Source: the human T2T-CHM13v2.0 reference genome, Homo sapiens. Taken from it: 64,000 nucleotides of DNA. The notes beneath the pieces are model-generated. The model was given only the letters and a program-made list of their open reading frames with translations. It was not told the DNA's origin and did no database searches. Numbering within the stretch: the first letter of the stretch is position 1; every line of letters starts with the position of its first letter. The DNA is taken from assembly GCF_009914755.1 (NCBI RefSeq), contig NC_060932.1. One strand, 5' to 3'. This document shows positions 1 to 12,050 of the stretch, piece after piece. A program made the translations under genes and the position numbers.

Positions 1-138
1 AGGATGTTGACCAGCATTCATGGCCTCCTCTAACTGGGTACCAGAAATACTCTCTCATGCAGTTGTGAAAACAAAAATGTATCTAGACTGACAAATGTCA
101 CTTAGGGTGCAAATTCCCCCACTAGTTGATAACCACTG
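1..138 (+). mobile_element. MER20 (hAT-Charlie DNA transposon), 3' part, cut by window edge
   Basis: aggatgttgaccagcattcatggcc...cagttgtgaaaacaaaaatgtatctaga...gttgataaccactg matches the MER20 3' half and terminal repeat. Confidence 0.8.
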
Positions 139-769
139 GTTAGCTATGAAGTTTACACAACCAGAATTGGTGATGCATACATTTATGCTATGCACATTTC
201 TGCACATTTGCTATATTTCTCATTAAAGTAAGTTCAAACAAAAAATATCTAGTGTAGTACTTTGTATGGACTAGGTGTTAAAACTGTGATTTTCCATTCC
301 TCTTCCAGATCCAATATTTTGTATTTCTGAACATATCTAGGAGGACTTCTATGCCATTTCTCTGCCTGATCCCAGCTCCACATCTTCAAACCCTGCTTTA
401 ATCCAAGCTGATATTGTTATGTATCACTTCACTTACATCATTCTATTTTCATTGTTTTGTGAGTTCTTTTCTAAAAACTAATTTTGGAAAACAGTTAAAC
501 ACACAAGAGAGTAAATATCTAATACTACAATTAATACCCTTGCACTCCTGTCAGATGAATGAATTTTAAGATGCTATCTCATTTGCTTCAGAGATTTTCA
601 TTAAAAAAAATAAATACTACAGGTGTCCTTTCCTTTGTACCCTTCCTCACACCATTTCCCTTCCTTTAACCTCAGAGGAAATAGTCACTATAAAATTGCT
701 ATGTTTTATTTTTTCTATAATTCTGCCATATATGTGTGTATGTCAAAAAACAATAAAACAATGTTAACA

Positions 770-1312
770 CAATTATTGTAGCTAATATTCCTTGAGCATT
801 TCCTATATCAAAGTCAGCCCAATGCTTCATTAACATTATCTTGTTTAATATTCAAAACAAACCTTTGAGATAGTGATATGGTTTGGCTGTGTCCCCACCC
901 AAAACTCAACTTGAATTGTATCTCCCAGAATTCCCCCTTATTGTGGGAGGAACTCAGAGGGAGGTAATTGAATCATGGGGGCCAGCCTTTCCCATGCTAT
1001 TCTTATGATAGTGAATAAGTTTCACGAGATCTAATGGGTTTATCAGAGGGTTCAGCTTTTGCTTCTTCCTCATTTTTCTCTTCCCGACACCATGTAAGAA
1101 GTGCCTTTCACCTCCTACCACGATTCTGAGGGGTCCCCAGCCGTGTGGAACTGTAAGTCTAATTCAAACTCTTTTTCTTCCCAGTCTTGAGTATGTCTTT
1201 ATCAGCAGCATGATAACGGACTAATACAGATGGCCACTATTATTTTTCTAATTCTTCAGTTAAGCAAACTGACACATGAAGATGCTAAATAAGTTTCCCA
1301 AGCTTACATAAT
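770..1312 (-). mobile_element. MIR SINE, split by a THE1A LTR
   Basis: gctaatattccttgagcatttcctat...aacaaacctttgagatag continues after 1228 as ccactattatttttcta...aaactgacacatgaagatgctaaataagtttcccaag. Confidence 0.65.
874..1228 (+). mobile_element. THE1A solo LTR (ERVL-MaLR)
   Basis: Starts tgatatggtttggctgtgtccccaccc and ends ggactaataca. THE1A-type ctcaacttgaattgtatctcccagaa and gggtttatcag. 5-bp TSD gatag/gatgg. Confidence 0.92.
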
Positions 1313-2229
1313 TAAATTTTACATAAATGTTAAATTTTGCAGAAATGTTATCAAGCGGACTTTATAATTTTCTATTTACTCATCTGTTTTTCTGGTAAAC
1401 TTTGAACTCTTAAAGACACTGTATTCCTTTGTCTCAGTGTCCATGGGGGCTGCAGCAAAGAACACTGGATACATGAACACACAAATGTGTAAGAAAATAC
1501 ATGAATCAATAAATCAATAGACCGATGCAATTTCTCTCATGCCATATCCTGTTTTCCATCCAGCTGCAGGGTGCCCTTCTCCATTCACCTTTCTTCTTGT
1601 TTCTCCCATGAACGTGTCCTCCCTGTGCCCAGCACAGCAGACCAACTGTGCTCCCCGCTTAAAATTCTCTTTGCAGTCAGTGCATCAGAGGCTGCTTTGA
1701 AGAGCAGGTGCAGGGTGGAAGTGAGTCAGGGGACATCACATGCAAGTCTGAAGTGGCACCAAAGAGGCCTAGGGGTATTATTAAAAATGTGCCCTGGCCT
1801 TATCTAAGGCAGACATTGTGGGACAGCAAGGAGCCCTTAACAAAACGCCTGGGAATATCAGTCTGGCCACTTGGAGGGCCATTACCTGGACAGACTGGGT
1901 GAACCTGAAAACACACCGAAGCACAAAAATATGTTTTCCTATTAAGGAGGCATTTTGTATCGATGCTAACTTTTATGTTTAGTATGTTTAGATGAGAGAT
2001 CAAACTTGCCTGAAAATGAGGATAACAGTACCCACTTGGTAAAGTCAGGAAGCACATTTAATGAGCTAATGTGCATAGTGCACCCAGCGTGGGGCCTGAG
2101 GACATGTCAGTCCAGTGAATGTGAGAACAACTGCTGGTTCTCCCAGGGCAGGGTTCCAGCCACTCCTCACCAGATCGCAGCCTCTGCTCACAGCCCCACA
2201 GACACACGCAGCTTCCACGCAGCTCCCTG

Positions 2230-2712
2230 CCACCTCCTTGAGATGCTCCCCCCTCAGATCCCACACCTCCAACCCGACTTCATTTTCTAGATAGCAAATT
2301 CCTACTCCCTTGTTTCAAGGTTGAGCTCAGTCTCTGTCTTCATCACCCATCTACCTGCATACTGTCCTGTTTGGGAACAATTCTACATCTACTTTGTGAT
2401 TTTAGGGTAACAGGGAAGTCCACATGTATTGCTATACCCATTCTGTTGATTATAATTGATTATGTGAATAACCTTCTATAATTTTAATTACAGTGATAAT
2501 AACAATAGTGATTTTCCTTGTCTTCTGCCTGGCTTGGCTTTACTGTCTGTCCATAGCACATAGCACTGTCCAACAATTTACACACTTACTTGCACTCACT
2601 TATTGTCCTCCCTTCACCTAGAATATAATTACTCTCTGGGAAGGGCCTCTGGCTGGCTTGGTCTCTGCTGTATTATCTCAGCCTGTGTCCAACATACAAT
2701 AAATGGCTGCAG
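2230..2712 (+). mobile_element. L2 LINE 3' fragments
   Basis: gcaaattcctactcccttgtttcaagg, ctagaatataattactctctgggaaggg and caataaat motifs typical of the L2 3' end. Confidence 0.55.
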
Positions 2713-3345
2713 ATTAAAGGCAGACACTGAGCTCCGACCTTGAGTTGAAGAGTGTGGTAAGGGCTCCAACACTCCTACGGCATAAAGCCTTCAGAAACCT
2801 TATAGCAGCCATTGTTATTGCCTTTGATCAGAGTGAACGCAGGTGGGATGGCAGGAAGTGTGAGGAGCCAGGGCTGTTCAGGAGTTTCAAGCATTTAAAG
2901 GTCATTCTGCTGAGTGAGTGGTGAGAGTCAAGGTTGGACACAGCTGGGTCTTGGGCCTCTGCATGTGTCTTTTCCGCTAAGTCATCTTCCTCTGCCACTA
3001 GACTCACAGGGACTCAAGAGAAAAGACCCAGTCAAATGTGTTTTGTAGACCCAATGCCCATAACAGTGCCAGAACCTACAAGAAAGTACATGATGAATGA
3101 ATGAATGAGCTGATTAACAAATAAAACTGGATAAGCCCCTTGGCAAATGGACTGAAAGGAGATAGAAACAAGGAATCCTGGATTTGCAGACGGGATCAAA
3201 CAAGTAATTCCTTCAGCCTGATGCTGTCCAGAAGCCCGGAGGACCTCAGAAGCGTGGGGATGAAGATTCAGTGACTGGCCCTTAGCATGACTATGAAGAT
3301 TCTAGGATCGGCCCTGCCAGGCTGCTGGGCTCAGGAACACGGCGC

Positions 3346-3366
3346 GCTGCTGCCCCCCTGTGGCTC
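3346..3366 (-). promoter_or_regulatory. Candidate CTCF binding site
   Basis: Minus strand reads GAGCCACAGGGGGGCAGCAGC, close to the CTCF core CCASYAGRKGGCRS, with adjacent retained CpGs (cacggcgcg). Confidence 0.5.
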
Positions 3367-3529
3367 AGGTCGTCCAAACACCGAGTCCTACATCTGTGTG
3401 CAATCTGCACTTGGGCTTGTCAACAGTAAACAGAAAACTTCTGTCTTTTCACCCACAGGTTAAAGTAACGTAGGGACTTCAGACACCATTTCTTGTAAAG
3501 TGAGGAGACACTAATTTAGCTTGGGGGAG

Positions 3530-3911
3530 TGTTGGAAAGCCTTTGTATGGCAGATGCACCTGACATTAATAGCTTAACTGAAGAGCATGGCCGTGAGAAT
3601 GACCCTATGGCCTAAAAAGAATGTGTGCTCAGAGTTCTGAGCTAAGGAATCTGAAGTGGCCAACTTGGAGATTCATTCAGTGTCTACAAGGCACATCTGA
3701 GCCCCTGGCCCATCCCATGGAACCTGGGCCATACAGGAGATCAAGGCCTTTTGTACTGGGTTAAATGACGATTGCTAGGTGGTGGTTCTTATGGGAAGTA
3801 TGAAAGTCATCTCAATAAACCCTATGTCTCATTCACTGGCTCTGGCTCTCTTCATCAGTCTCTGGAACATGGTGCTATCCCCACTGAAGGCAATGGAGGT
3901 CCAGCACAGCA
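3530..3911 (+). mobile_element. ERVL solo LTR, LTR47-like, internally deleted
   Basis: tg...ca ends; gtatggcagatgcacctgaca, gagaatgaccctatggcctaaaaagaatgtgtg, gagctaaggaatc; aataaa near 3814. Confidence 0.65.
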
Positions 3912-4761
3912 ACCCCTCACACATAGAACTTGATCCAAATAAGCTAATGCAGGTCCTTTAGCAAGTAGATGTACAGGTAATAAGAGTCGCTTTGTCTGAG
4001 ATTAATCAAGGAAGAACTACCAAATGAAAGGATTCCTATATCCTTTGTTCTATTGTTTTTCAGAACTTGAATTTTGCAATGCTGAGAATTTTATGTATAG
4101 TAGACTTAGGAATTCAGTGTTCTGATCTTAGGGTGATAAGCACTTGAAAATGTAGAGCTGCTACTGATGGGCAGATGGAATGGTCCACATAGAGACAGAA
4201 GGTCCCATTTCTAAGTTGTGCTGAATTGTCATACAGGATTAAGCGAAACTTTTCTTACCATAAACAAATCCTATTTATAATAAAAAACACTGCAATCTTC
4301 AATATATCACACAACTATGAATTTCTTTTGTTTTACAAAGTAATTTTTTTGTTTCAGTGTTTATTTGTCCTTGAATATGACATTTTCCATAATCCTAAAT
4401 GTGCCTCAGAGGGCATATTTGAAAACTTTATTAAGTAACCTATCAAAGGTGATATTGACTACACAGCTGAATCAGAATCATGTGTCATTACATGTTGAAA
4501 AGAAGTCAGAGAACTCTATTCCAATGTTTTATTTCTGAAATGGCAGAATTGTCACTTGACCACAAGCAGAAAGTAGGTACTAAAAGAGAAATTTGAATAA
4601 TTTCGGGTTCTTCCAATGCCACACTGTTGTATTTCAACTTAGAACTGAATAGAAAAGAAAGGACATTTATTAATTGTTTTCTCTGTATCAAGTACAGTAT
4701 TGAGCAAGGCATTTTGCATCCATTAACCCAGTAAACATCACTGTGATGCAAAGGAAAAGAG

Positions 4762-5403
4762 TGTTTGGTTATCTATTGCTTTGTGACTGATTGTTCCAAA
4801 GCATACTGGCTTTAACAACAATTATTTTCCTCATGATTTCATAAGCTCACTGGGCTCAGGTGGACAGCCTTCACTTGGATTCTTTCAAGTGGTTGCAGCA
4901 AGTCAGGGGTTGCATAAGGAGCCCTCTGAAGGCTTAAAATGGGCTGGTATCCAAGATAGCTCATTCACATGACTGGCGTTTGATGTTGGTTACTGTGGAT
5001 CTCAGATGGAGCCATCAAACAGAGACCCTGTGCATGGCCTTTCCTTGTGGCTTGGGCGTCTTGCAGCATGGTGTCTGGGTTTAGAAAGAGGGTGTCTCAA
5101 GAGTGAACATTCCATGAGGAAGAAAGGTGAAGGTCCTGGGTTTAGAAAGAAGGTGTCTCAAGGGTGAACATTCCATGAGGAAGAAAGGTGAAGGTCCTGG
5201 GCCAATTAATGGACATGGCTAGAACTGGCGAGACATGATTTCCACTGAATTATATCAGCCAAAACAGTTACAGAGCTAGCGCAGATTCAGTGGAGTGAAG
5301 AATGAATTTCACTTCTTGACAGAGGACTGGTAAGGTCATATAGCAGAGGATTATGTGGGATGGGAGATATTTCTGGGGTTATATTTAGAAAATATAATCT
5401 ACA
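4762..5403 (-). mobile_element. MLT1H-like LTR (3' LTR of a decayed MaLR provirus)
   Basis: ttatctattgct...tggctttaacaacaa...ctgggctcaggtggaca...tccaagatagctcattcacatgactggc...gggatgggagatat...gaaaatataatct. Confidence 0.75.
5075..5201. repeat. 61-bp tandem duplication (2 copies)
   Basis: ctgggtttagaaagaRggtgtctcaagRgtgaacattccatgaggaagaaaggtgaaggtc twice with 2 mismatches, bounded by ctggg. Confidence 0.97.
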
Positions 5404-6895
5404 GTTCACATGTATCCCACATGCACTTATGGGGAACCCACACTTGGGCTTACTACTCCCCCAAGGAGTGTTTATGATGAAATAGTAAAAATAATAAATA
5501 CATATTTTATAAACATTATCTGTTTGTAGTAAATTTTATTGAAGTTGATTCTCTTAGAAAGAAGACACAGAAAGAACTCTTTTTGAGATAGTCCTCTCCC
5601 TGGCTTGGCCTTAGAATGAGGGTGCTATGGAAAAATACCCTTAAGTTTCTCCATCGTCTCAACTCATCCTATTACAATATCAGTTCAAACCATAGGGTCT
5701 CACTAGCCCGACCAGATCCACATGTGGGTGGTCCTCCTGGCTGGGTGGGTGAGGAGGATTCCAAGTAGAATTTCTAACAATTTGAGGAACTATGAACTAA
5801 AGACACAAGTCATTCACTCTACACACATCAAACCTACAATAGGGGAGAGAATGCCTTCAATAGACATTTCTACTAAGAGGATAAAAATCAGAACGTGCAT
5901 TGTAATTACTGGTCCATAGCAATTCTGAAATTTGGTTGGAAAGTTGTTGCCAGTCTTAGGAATAGAGACCAGTCCTGCTTCCCATGTCATTCACAGTGGC
6001 TCTTGACTCCACCCTCTGAGTCATCCATTCATTTTCCACAAGAAACAGCCTGCACAGGCAGTTGAGTGTCTTCTTTATTCTGCTCTTCTGTCCATATGAT
6101 GCCTGAGGTCCAGAAACTTCTTTCCATTTTGGACTATCTCTGTCAATGTTTGTCTAAGGAGACAGTGTTTGTGATGGAATAGTAAAAATAATAAACAGAT
6201 ATCTTATAAACATTATGTGTTTGTAATAAATCTTACTGAAGTTGGTTCTGTTAGAAAGAAGACACACAAAGAACTCTTTTTGAGATCGTCTTTTCTCTGG
6301 CTTGGTGTTAGAATGAGGGTTCTATGGAAAAATACCCTTATCTTTCTCAGAAGCCTCTGTTTTATGGTTGAAGCAGACTATGAGTAATATCCTTCTTAAA
6401 TCTGAAATCTTAACAACAGTTTTACAACTCTTGTTCTCTACCCTGTGACCATGTCTTTCTTTGTGGTGTTTTGCTGTCTGGAAAGACTAGTTATGAGAAC
6501 CAGTTTTAGCTTTGAACCCCATATGTCCTGGATTTTTTATACTCCTCTAAGTCCTGCTTGAAAATTGAACAGTTACTTTTTCAGCTTCACTTTCTCTATC
6601 TGTACCTTATATGTGGCTCAAAGAAATAATTTGGCATTTCCATCATTTTGTCTTCTAAAGTTTTTAACTAAACACATCAGTTTATTATTTGTATACAGTA
6701 CATTTCATGTTACTATTAGCAATATTTTCTTTCAACTTTTTATTAGCATATATTGTGTTTCTCAAGGTTCCTATAATAGTTTTATCGCTGTTTTTCCAGC
6801 TCTCCCCAGGTGTTTATTTAGAACCTTCATCCCAGTCCTAAATCCAGTGCCAACTCTTTTAAGCAGGATTTCACTTCATTTCTGGTACCAGTTTC
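5404..6895 (-). mobile_element. MLT1H-like internal region (MaLR-int)
   Basis: Lies between two similar LTRs; contains ggtccatagcaattctgaaat and ends in the MaLR junction tctggtaccagtttc|tgt. Confidence 0.65.
5467..6348. repeat. 185-bp dispersed direct repeat (5467-5651 and 6164-6348)
   Basis: Ungapped alignment at offset 697, about 21 mismatches by manual count (~89% identity). Confidence 0.95.
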
Positions 6896-7431
6896 TGTTC
6901 TGATTACTTATGGTGTAACAAAACACTCCAAAACATGTGACTTAAAATCATAATTTATTTCTCTTTTCTCATAAGTATGAAGGTTGTCTAGGCTCCGGTG
7001 AATTTTGTTCACTTGAGGCCTGTCATGCTGTTTCACTCAGATGGTGGCTGGAGGCTCAGGTGGCTGAACTTAAACTTGATTTATTACACGCTGGGAGTTG
7101 ATGATAGCTGTTGGCTTACAGATAAGCTGGGGCTATTGTATGGTGTGTCTAGACCTTGAGCTTCTCAAAACATGGGGTCTTGGTTCTGAGCTGGAACTTC
7201 CCAAGAACAAGTTTTCTAACAGGCAGTCAATGGTCATTGCCAGTCTAATTAAGTGCTATGCCTACAATGTACACAGTGTAACTTCTGCTGCATGTTGTTG
7301 GTCAAAGCAAATGCTAAATCCACAATGATGGGCTTCATCTCTTGGTAGGTTATTACACAATTACATTGCAGAAAAGCTTGGGGAATAGGAGATAGAATTG
7401 TGGCCAACTTTGGAATATACGATATGCCATA
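6896..7431 (-). mobile_element. MLT1H-like LTR (5' LTR of the same provirus)
   Basis: gtgtaacaaaacactccaaaacatgtgacttaaaa...tcagatggtggctgga...gttggtcaaagca...ggagatagaattgtggccaactttggaa. Confidence 0.7.
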
Positions 7432-7589
7432 GACGCACTGCTCTACTATTTTATACATTAAAAAACAGAAAAGTGCTCACCCTGTTACTCAAAGAAAGTG
7501 CTCAGCAATTGTAGTTCTCATCAATATTTTCCCATCTAATGCAATATTTCCATCACCTAAAAGCATAAAATAATTTCTTCTATCTTAAA

Positions 7590-8650
7590 GTAAAAACTTT
7601 CAACTCTATCTTAATCTTCAACCAGCACCCTATCTTCTTCTCTTTATATCAAACTATCTCTTTTCATTCTTTCTTAAATCTACTCTGATCAGGTTCTTCT
7701 TCCCTCTCTACCAAACTGTTCTTGGCAACAACATCAGTAATTTTCACTTTGTTAAACTCAGTGGTGAATGGTTCAGTCCTCATGTTATTTGACCTATCTG
7801 CAACTTCTGAAAGGGTTGACTGTTACCCTTTAAGGCACTTTAATTAGCTTCCCCCAATATTATTCTCACATGACTTACCTTCAATCTCTTTGGCCACTCT
7901 TTCTACTTTTGCATTCTTAGCTTCCATTTATTTCATAAGTTGAGAGTATTGGAGACCAGAAGTCTCAGCACTTCATTTTGTTCGTTTGTATTTAAAAAGT
8001 ATATTTTTACTTTTAGTAATATCATCAAACATCATGGATCTGAATACTCCGTATGTGCTTATGTCATTTAAAATTATATCCTCAGATCTTGCTCTGGATT
8101 CCAGACTATATTTCCAACTGGCTACTCAACATATCCAATCATGTCTAATAGACATCATATACTTAAAATATGCTCAAAACTGAACACTTTCATTATCCCC
8201 CAAAGACACCTATTATTTAGATTCCTACCTCATTTGATGGAAATTCCATTATTCTATGAGATTATACCAAAAAAACGGACAATTATGAATTTATCTCTTA
8301 CTCTCAAACCCGATGTAATCCATCAACAAATCCTCTCTATCTTCAAAATACATCTAGTATATGAACATTTCTTATCATTTCCACTACTAATATCCCAGTC
8401 CAAATTTTTGTCAAAATCATTTCAATAGCCTCTTTGACATTTTCCTTTATTCGAACTTATTCTCTATAATCTATACTCAACAAATCCGCAAGATTCATCC
8501 TTGCAAATCAAGTCAGATTATTACACTTCTCTGCTCAAACCCTCCAAAGGCTTTCTATCTTATTCAGTGTAAAACTCTTCCCAATTACCTATAAGGCCAA
8601 TATAATCAGCTTGCTAACAAGTAGCTCATTGGCATCTCCTCATAACTCTA
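7590..8650 (+). mobile_element. L2 LINE, decayed ORF2 reverse-transcriptase region and 3' part
   Basis: ctaccaaactgttcttggcaacaacatcagtaat...cagtcctcatgttatttgacctatctgcaac corresponds to the L2 RT segment TETALxKVTND...SVLILLDLSAAFD; also cttctctgctcaaaccctccaaaggc. Confidence 0.85.
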
Positions 8651-8651
8651 C

Positions 8652-9010
8652 CATGTATTGAGATCAGCACTTTTGTCTCATGCTGACAGATAAAGAATTT
8701 AGCAGCAGGTGTAGCTAGATCAGCCATAGGAAGAGGAAACCCATGCTTCTAAGCCCATGCATAGTATGTAATCCTGACACCATGGCTACTCTGTTCACAG
8801 GCCCCTACATAACAACAGGGGTTGCCAAACACAAAGGGGGTCAACATCCAGTGGGATGTGCACCTGTCCTACAGGTGTTTCAGTTCCTCATCTGTGGCAC
8901 ATTCTCTCTGGTTGGCATCAATGCAAAACACAAAGACCCACACACTCTGTGCCCACACCAAAACACCCTTCCACACTTTTGTTCCACAGACCACTTTATC
9001 TCTTACTTCT
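8652..9010 (-). mobile_element. ERVL-class pol relic (RNase H C-terminus and integrase zinc-binding region), no LTRs
   Basis: Minus-strand translation gives RDKVVCGTKVWKGVLVWAQSVWVFVFCIDANQR...DR, then after a frameshift ATPVVM*GACEQSSHGVRITYYAWA*KHGFPLPMADLATPAAKFFICQHE. This resembles HERV-L GDKEIWGRGMW...SHVSAHQR and ATPVIAQWAHEQSGHGGRDGGYAWAQQHGLPLTKADLATATAECPICQQ (recalled). Confidence 0.8.
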
Positions 9011-9207
9011 TAGATGACTTGTATTTACAAAGAAATAAACAAACAAACCCTGAAAGCTTACAGAAGTCTATTATTTCATAGCCTACAATCACCTTGTTCA
9101 ATTGCTTACAAACTAAGATAATAAATATTTATTGATAGAGTGAATAAGTGAGCCAGGTTCTGTGCTACAAGGACTCATTCGTCTTACGTATCTGCTCACC
9201 AGCTCTT

Positions 9208-9472
<265 letters not shown>

Positions 9473-9911
9473 TAATGGCAGAGCTGTTAACTGGCAGGGC
9501 TAAGACGGGAATCTAAGTAGGTATGATGCAAACCCTCCTTGATTGAATAGCATGGAGCTCAGCACGTGGTGGGTCTCATTAAAATCATTTTATGTCCCTT
9601 TACAACACAAAGGATGATACTCACAAGCATGACAAAGATCTGATAATGAGGTTTATGTGGGAGGGATTTATGAAATATAAAATGCTATATAAATGGCCAG
9701 GTCCATAGTAAATCACATTGAACCCTACTTCTCAAATGTACCTGCTATTTTATGACATGAAAGTCATGAAATTATAATGTTAGTGACTACAAATTGAGAT
9801 CTCAGAGATGAAAGTGTGGAATACTTTCATTTTGCAGATGAAGGAATTAGAATGCAGGAAGATGAAGTCAGTTGCTTAAAATCAGCTCAGAGAACCAGGA
9901 CCCAGGTTTAG

Positions 9912-10352
<441 letters not shown>

Positions 10353-10682
10353 TAAAACTTAAGAGAGTTAACAAAGCACGAATGATTTTCTTCCGCACTG
10401 CACACCCCATTCAGACCCACTGTACCCACTAGGACAGGATAGTGCCAGGTGAGCTCAATTTCCTTACCTGGGTTTCCAATACAAAATGTGGGTTTGTTCA
10501 GGTCTTTAAACTCTTGGCTAGCTCCTCAAATCTGCAGTTCTCCTGGATTGGTACCTCACTTATTTTCTACTCCTAGTTTCTATGTTTCATGGTTGTTTAA
10601 ATTGCAGAAGTAAGGAAAGGGAGAGTAACATTTATTAATCAATTTCTATGTGCCAGTTTACTTAGCTTTTAAACAGGATTCT

Positions 10683-10990
<308 letters not shown>

Positions 10991-11699
10991 TAAACAGGAT
11001 TCTTTAGTTGCCAACCATAGAGACCAGCTCTGACAAATATAAAGGAAAAACTATACATGGAGATTATTGAGGGGAGAAGGGTTAGTTCAAAAGTTGAAGG
11101 CAGGTCTCACAAAGGAACACATGACGTAAGAAGGAAATGAATTAGTATATACAAAGCTTTTAAAACAGAATTGGCAAGGGTTATGGACATATTGGTAAAT
11201 AAATGAATAAAATAAAGGGCTGATGCCCAGGCAGTTCTTGGGCTTGGCATAGCAGAGACTAAATAAGTTTCTTTTGATGTCACCACATTTTTAAAAACTG
11301 AGATTAAGATGATGAAACTTTCCCAGAGTCCCATGGTTAATGAAGAAAAGCTAACGCTGATTGCCTATAGTGTATGAGGTCTGCTCTATGCACCCATTGT
11401 TTTAGGGATTCACAGAGCAACTGTCCCAGCTTGGTTCATAATCCCACCCCCTGGTCATGGTAAGATGGGGCACCTTGACTGAGTGTCCTACCAATATTGC
11501 ATGTCAAGACAACAGAGGCAGCTCCTCAATGGAACACTGCTGGCATGGAACATAGTGGACATGAAGCCTGGGCAGCCCAAAGGGGTGCTTGCTACTCTCC
11601 ATGTTCTTTCTAGTGTACAAGTCATACAAACATACTATGGCTTGATATTAGGCTTTAAATGACCACTCCCGAAGATGAGGAATCACACAGCTGTGAGAT

Positions 11700-12050
11700 T
11701 TGTGATGAATCCTGTTACTTCCTTGTGCTCTAGCTTCTTGTTTATAAAATGGATAAAAACCAGTAGCCACCGTAGAGGGCTAGAAGAGGATCCTTGAAAA
11801 ATGGATTCATAGAGCAGGCCTCACACATTTTAGGCACTCAATTAGTGTTAGCTTTTCCTCATTAGCCATAGGACCCTGAGAAAGTTACATAATCTTAGTA
11901 AACCTCAGCATTTCTCTCTTTATCTCTTTAAAATGTAGTCAATCTTATCAGCTCTGCAAAATTTTAAGTAGGATATTAGATGTGCTAGGAAAAAAAACCA
12001 CAGCTTGGAACAAAGTAGGTGTTCAATAAATTATAGAAACATGCATTATT
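11700..12050 (+). mobile_element. Two MIR fragments
   Basis: cttcttgtttataaaatgg...taggcactcaattagtgttagct and taaacctcagcatttctc...gtaggtgttcaataaattatag. Confidence 0.6.

Noticed and set aside
3439-3458. Strong plus-strand splice acceptor (ttctgtcttttcacccacag), and similar ones near 28295 and 50684
   Set aside because: No convincing paired donor or coding frame. Isolated acceptors are expected by chance in 64 kb.
5467-6348. The 185-bp direct repeats as LTRs of a small new retroelement
   Set aside because: No TG...CA termini, TSD, PBS or PPT, and the spacer looks like ordinary MLT1-int sequence.
8743-9081. 112-aa plus-strand ORF as a gene
   Set aside because: It is the antisense frame of the decayed ERVL pol fragment.
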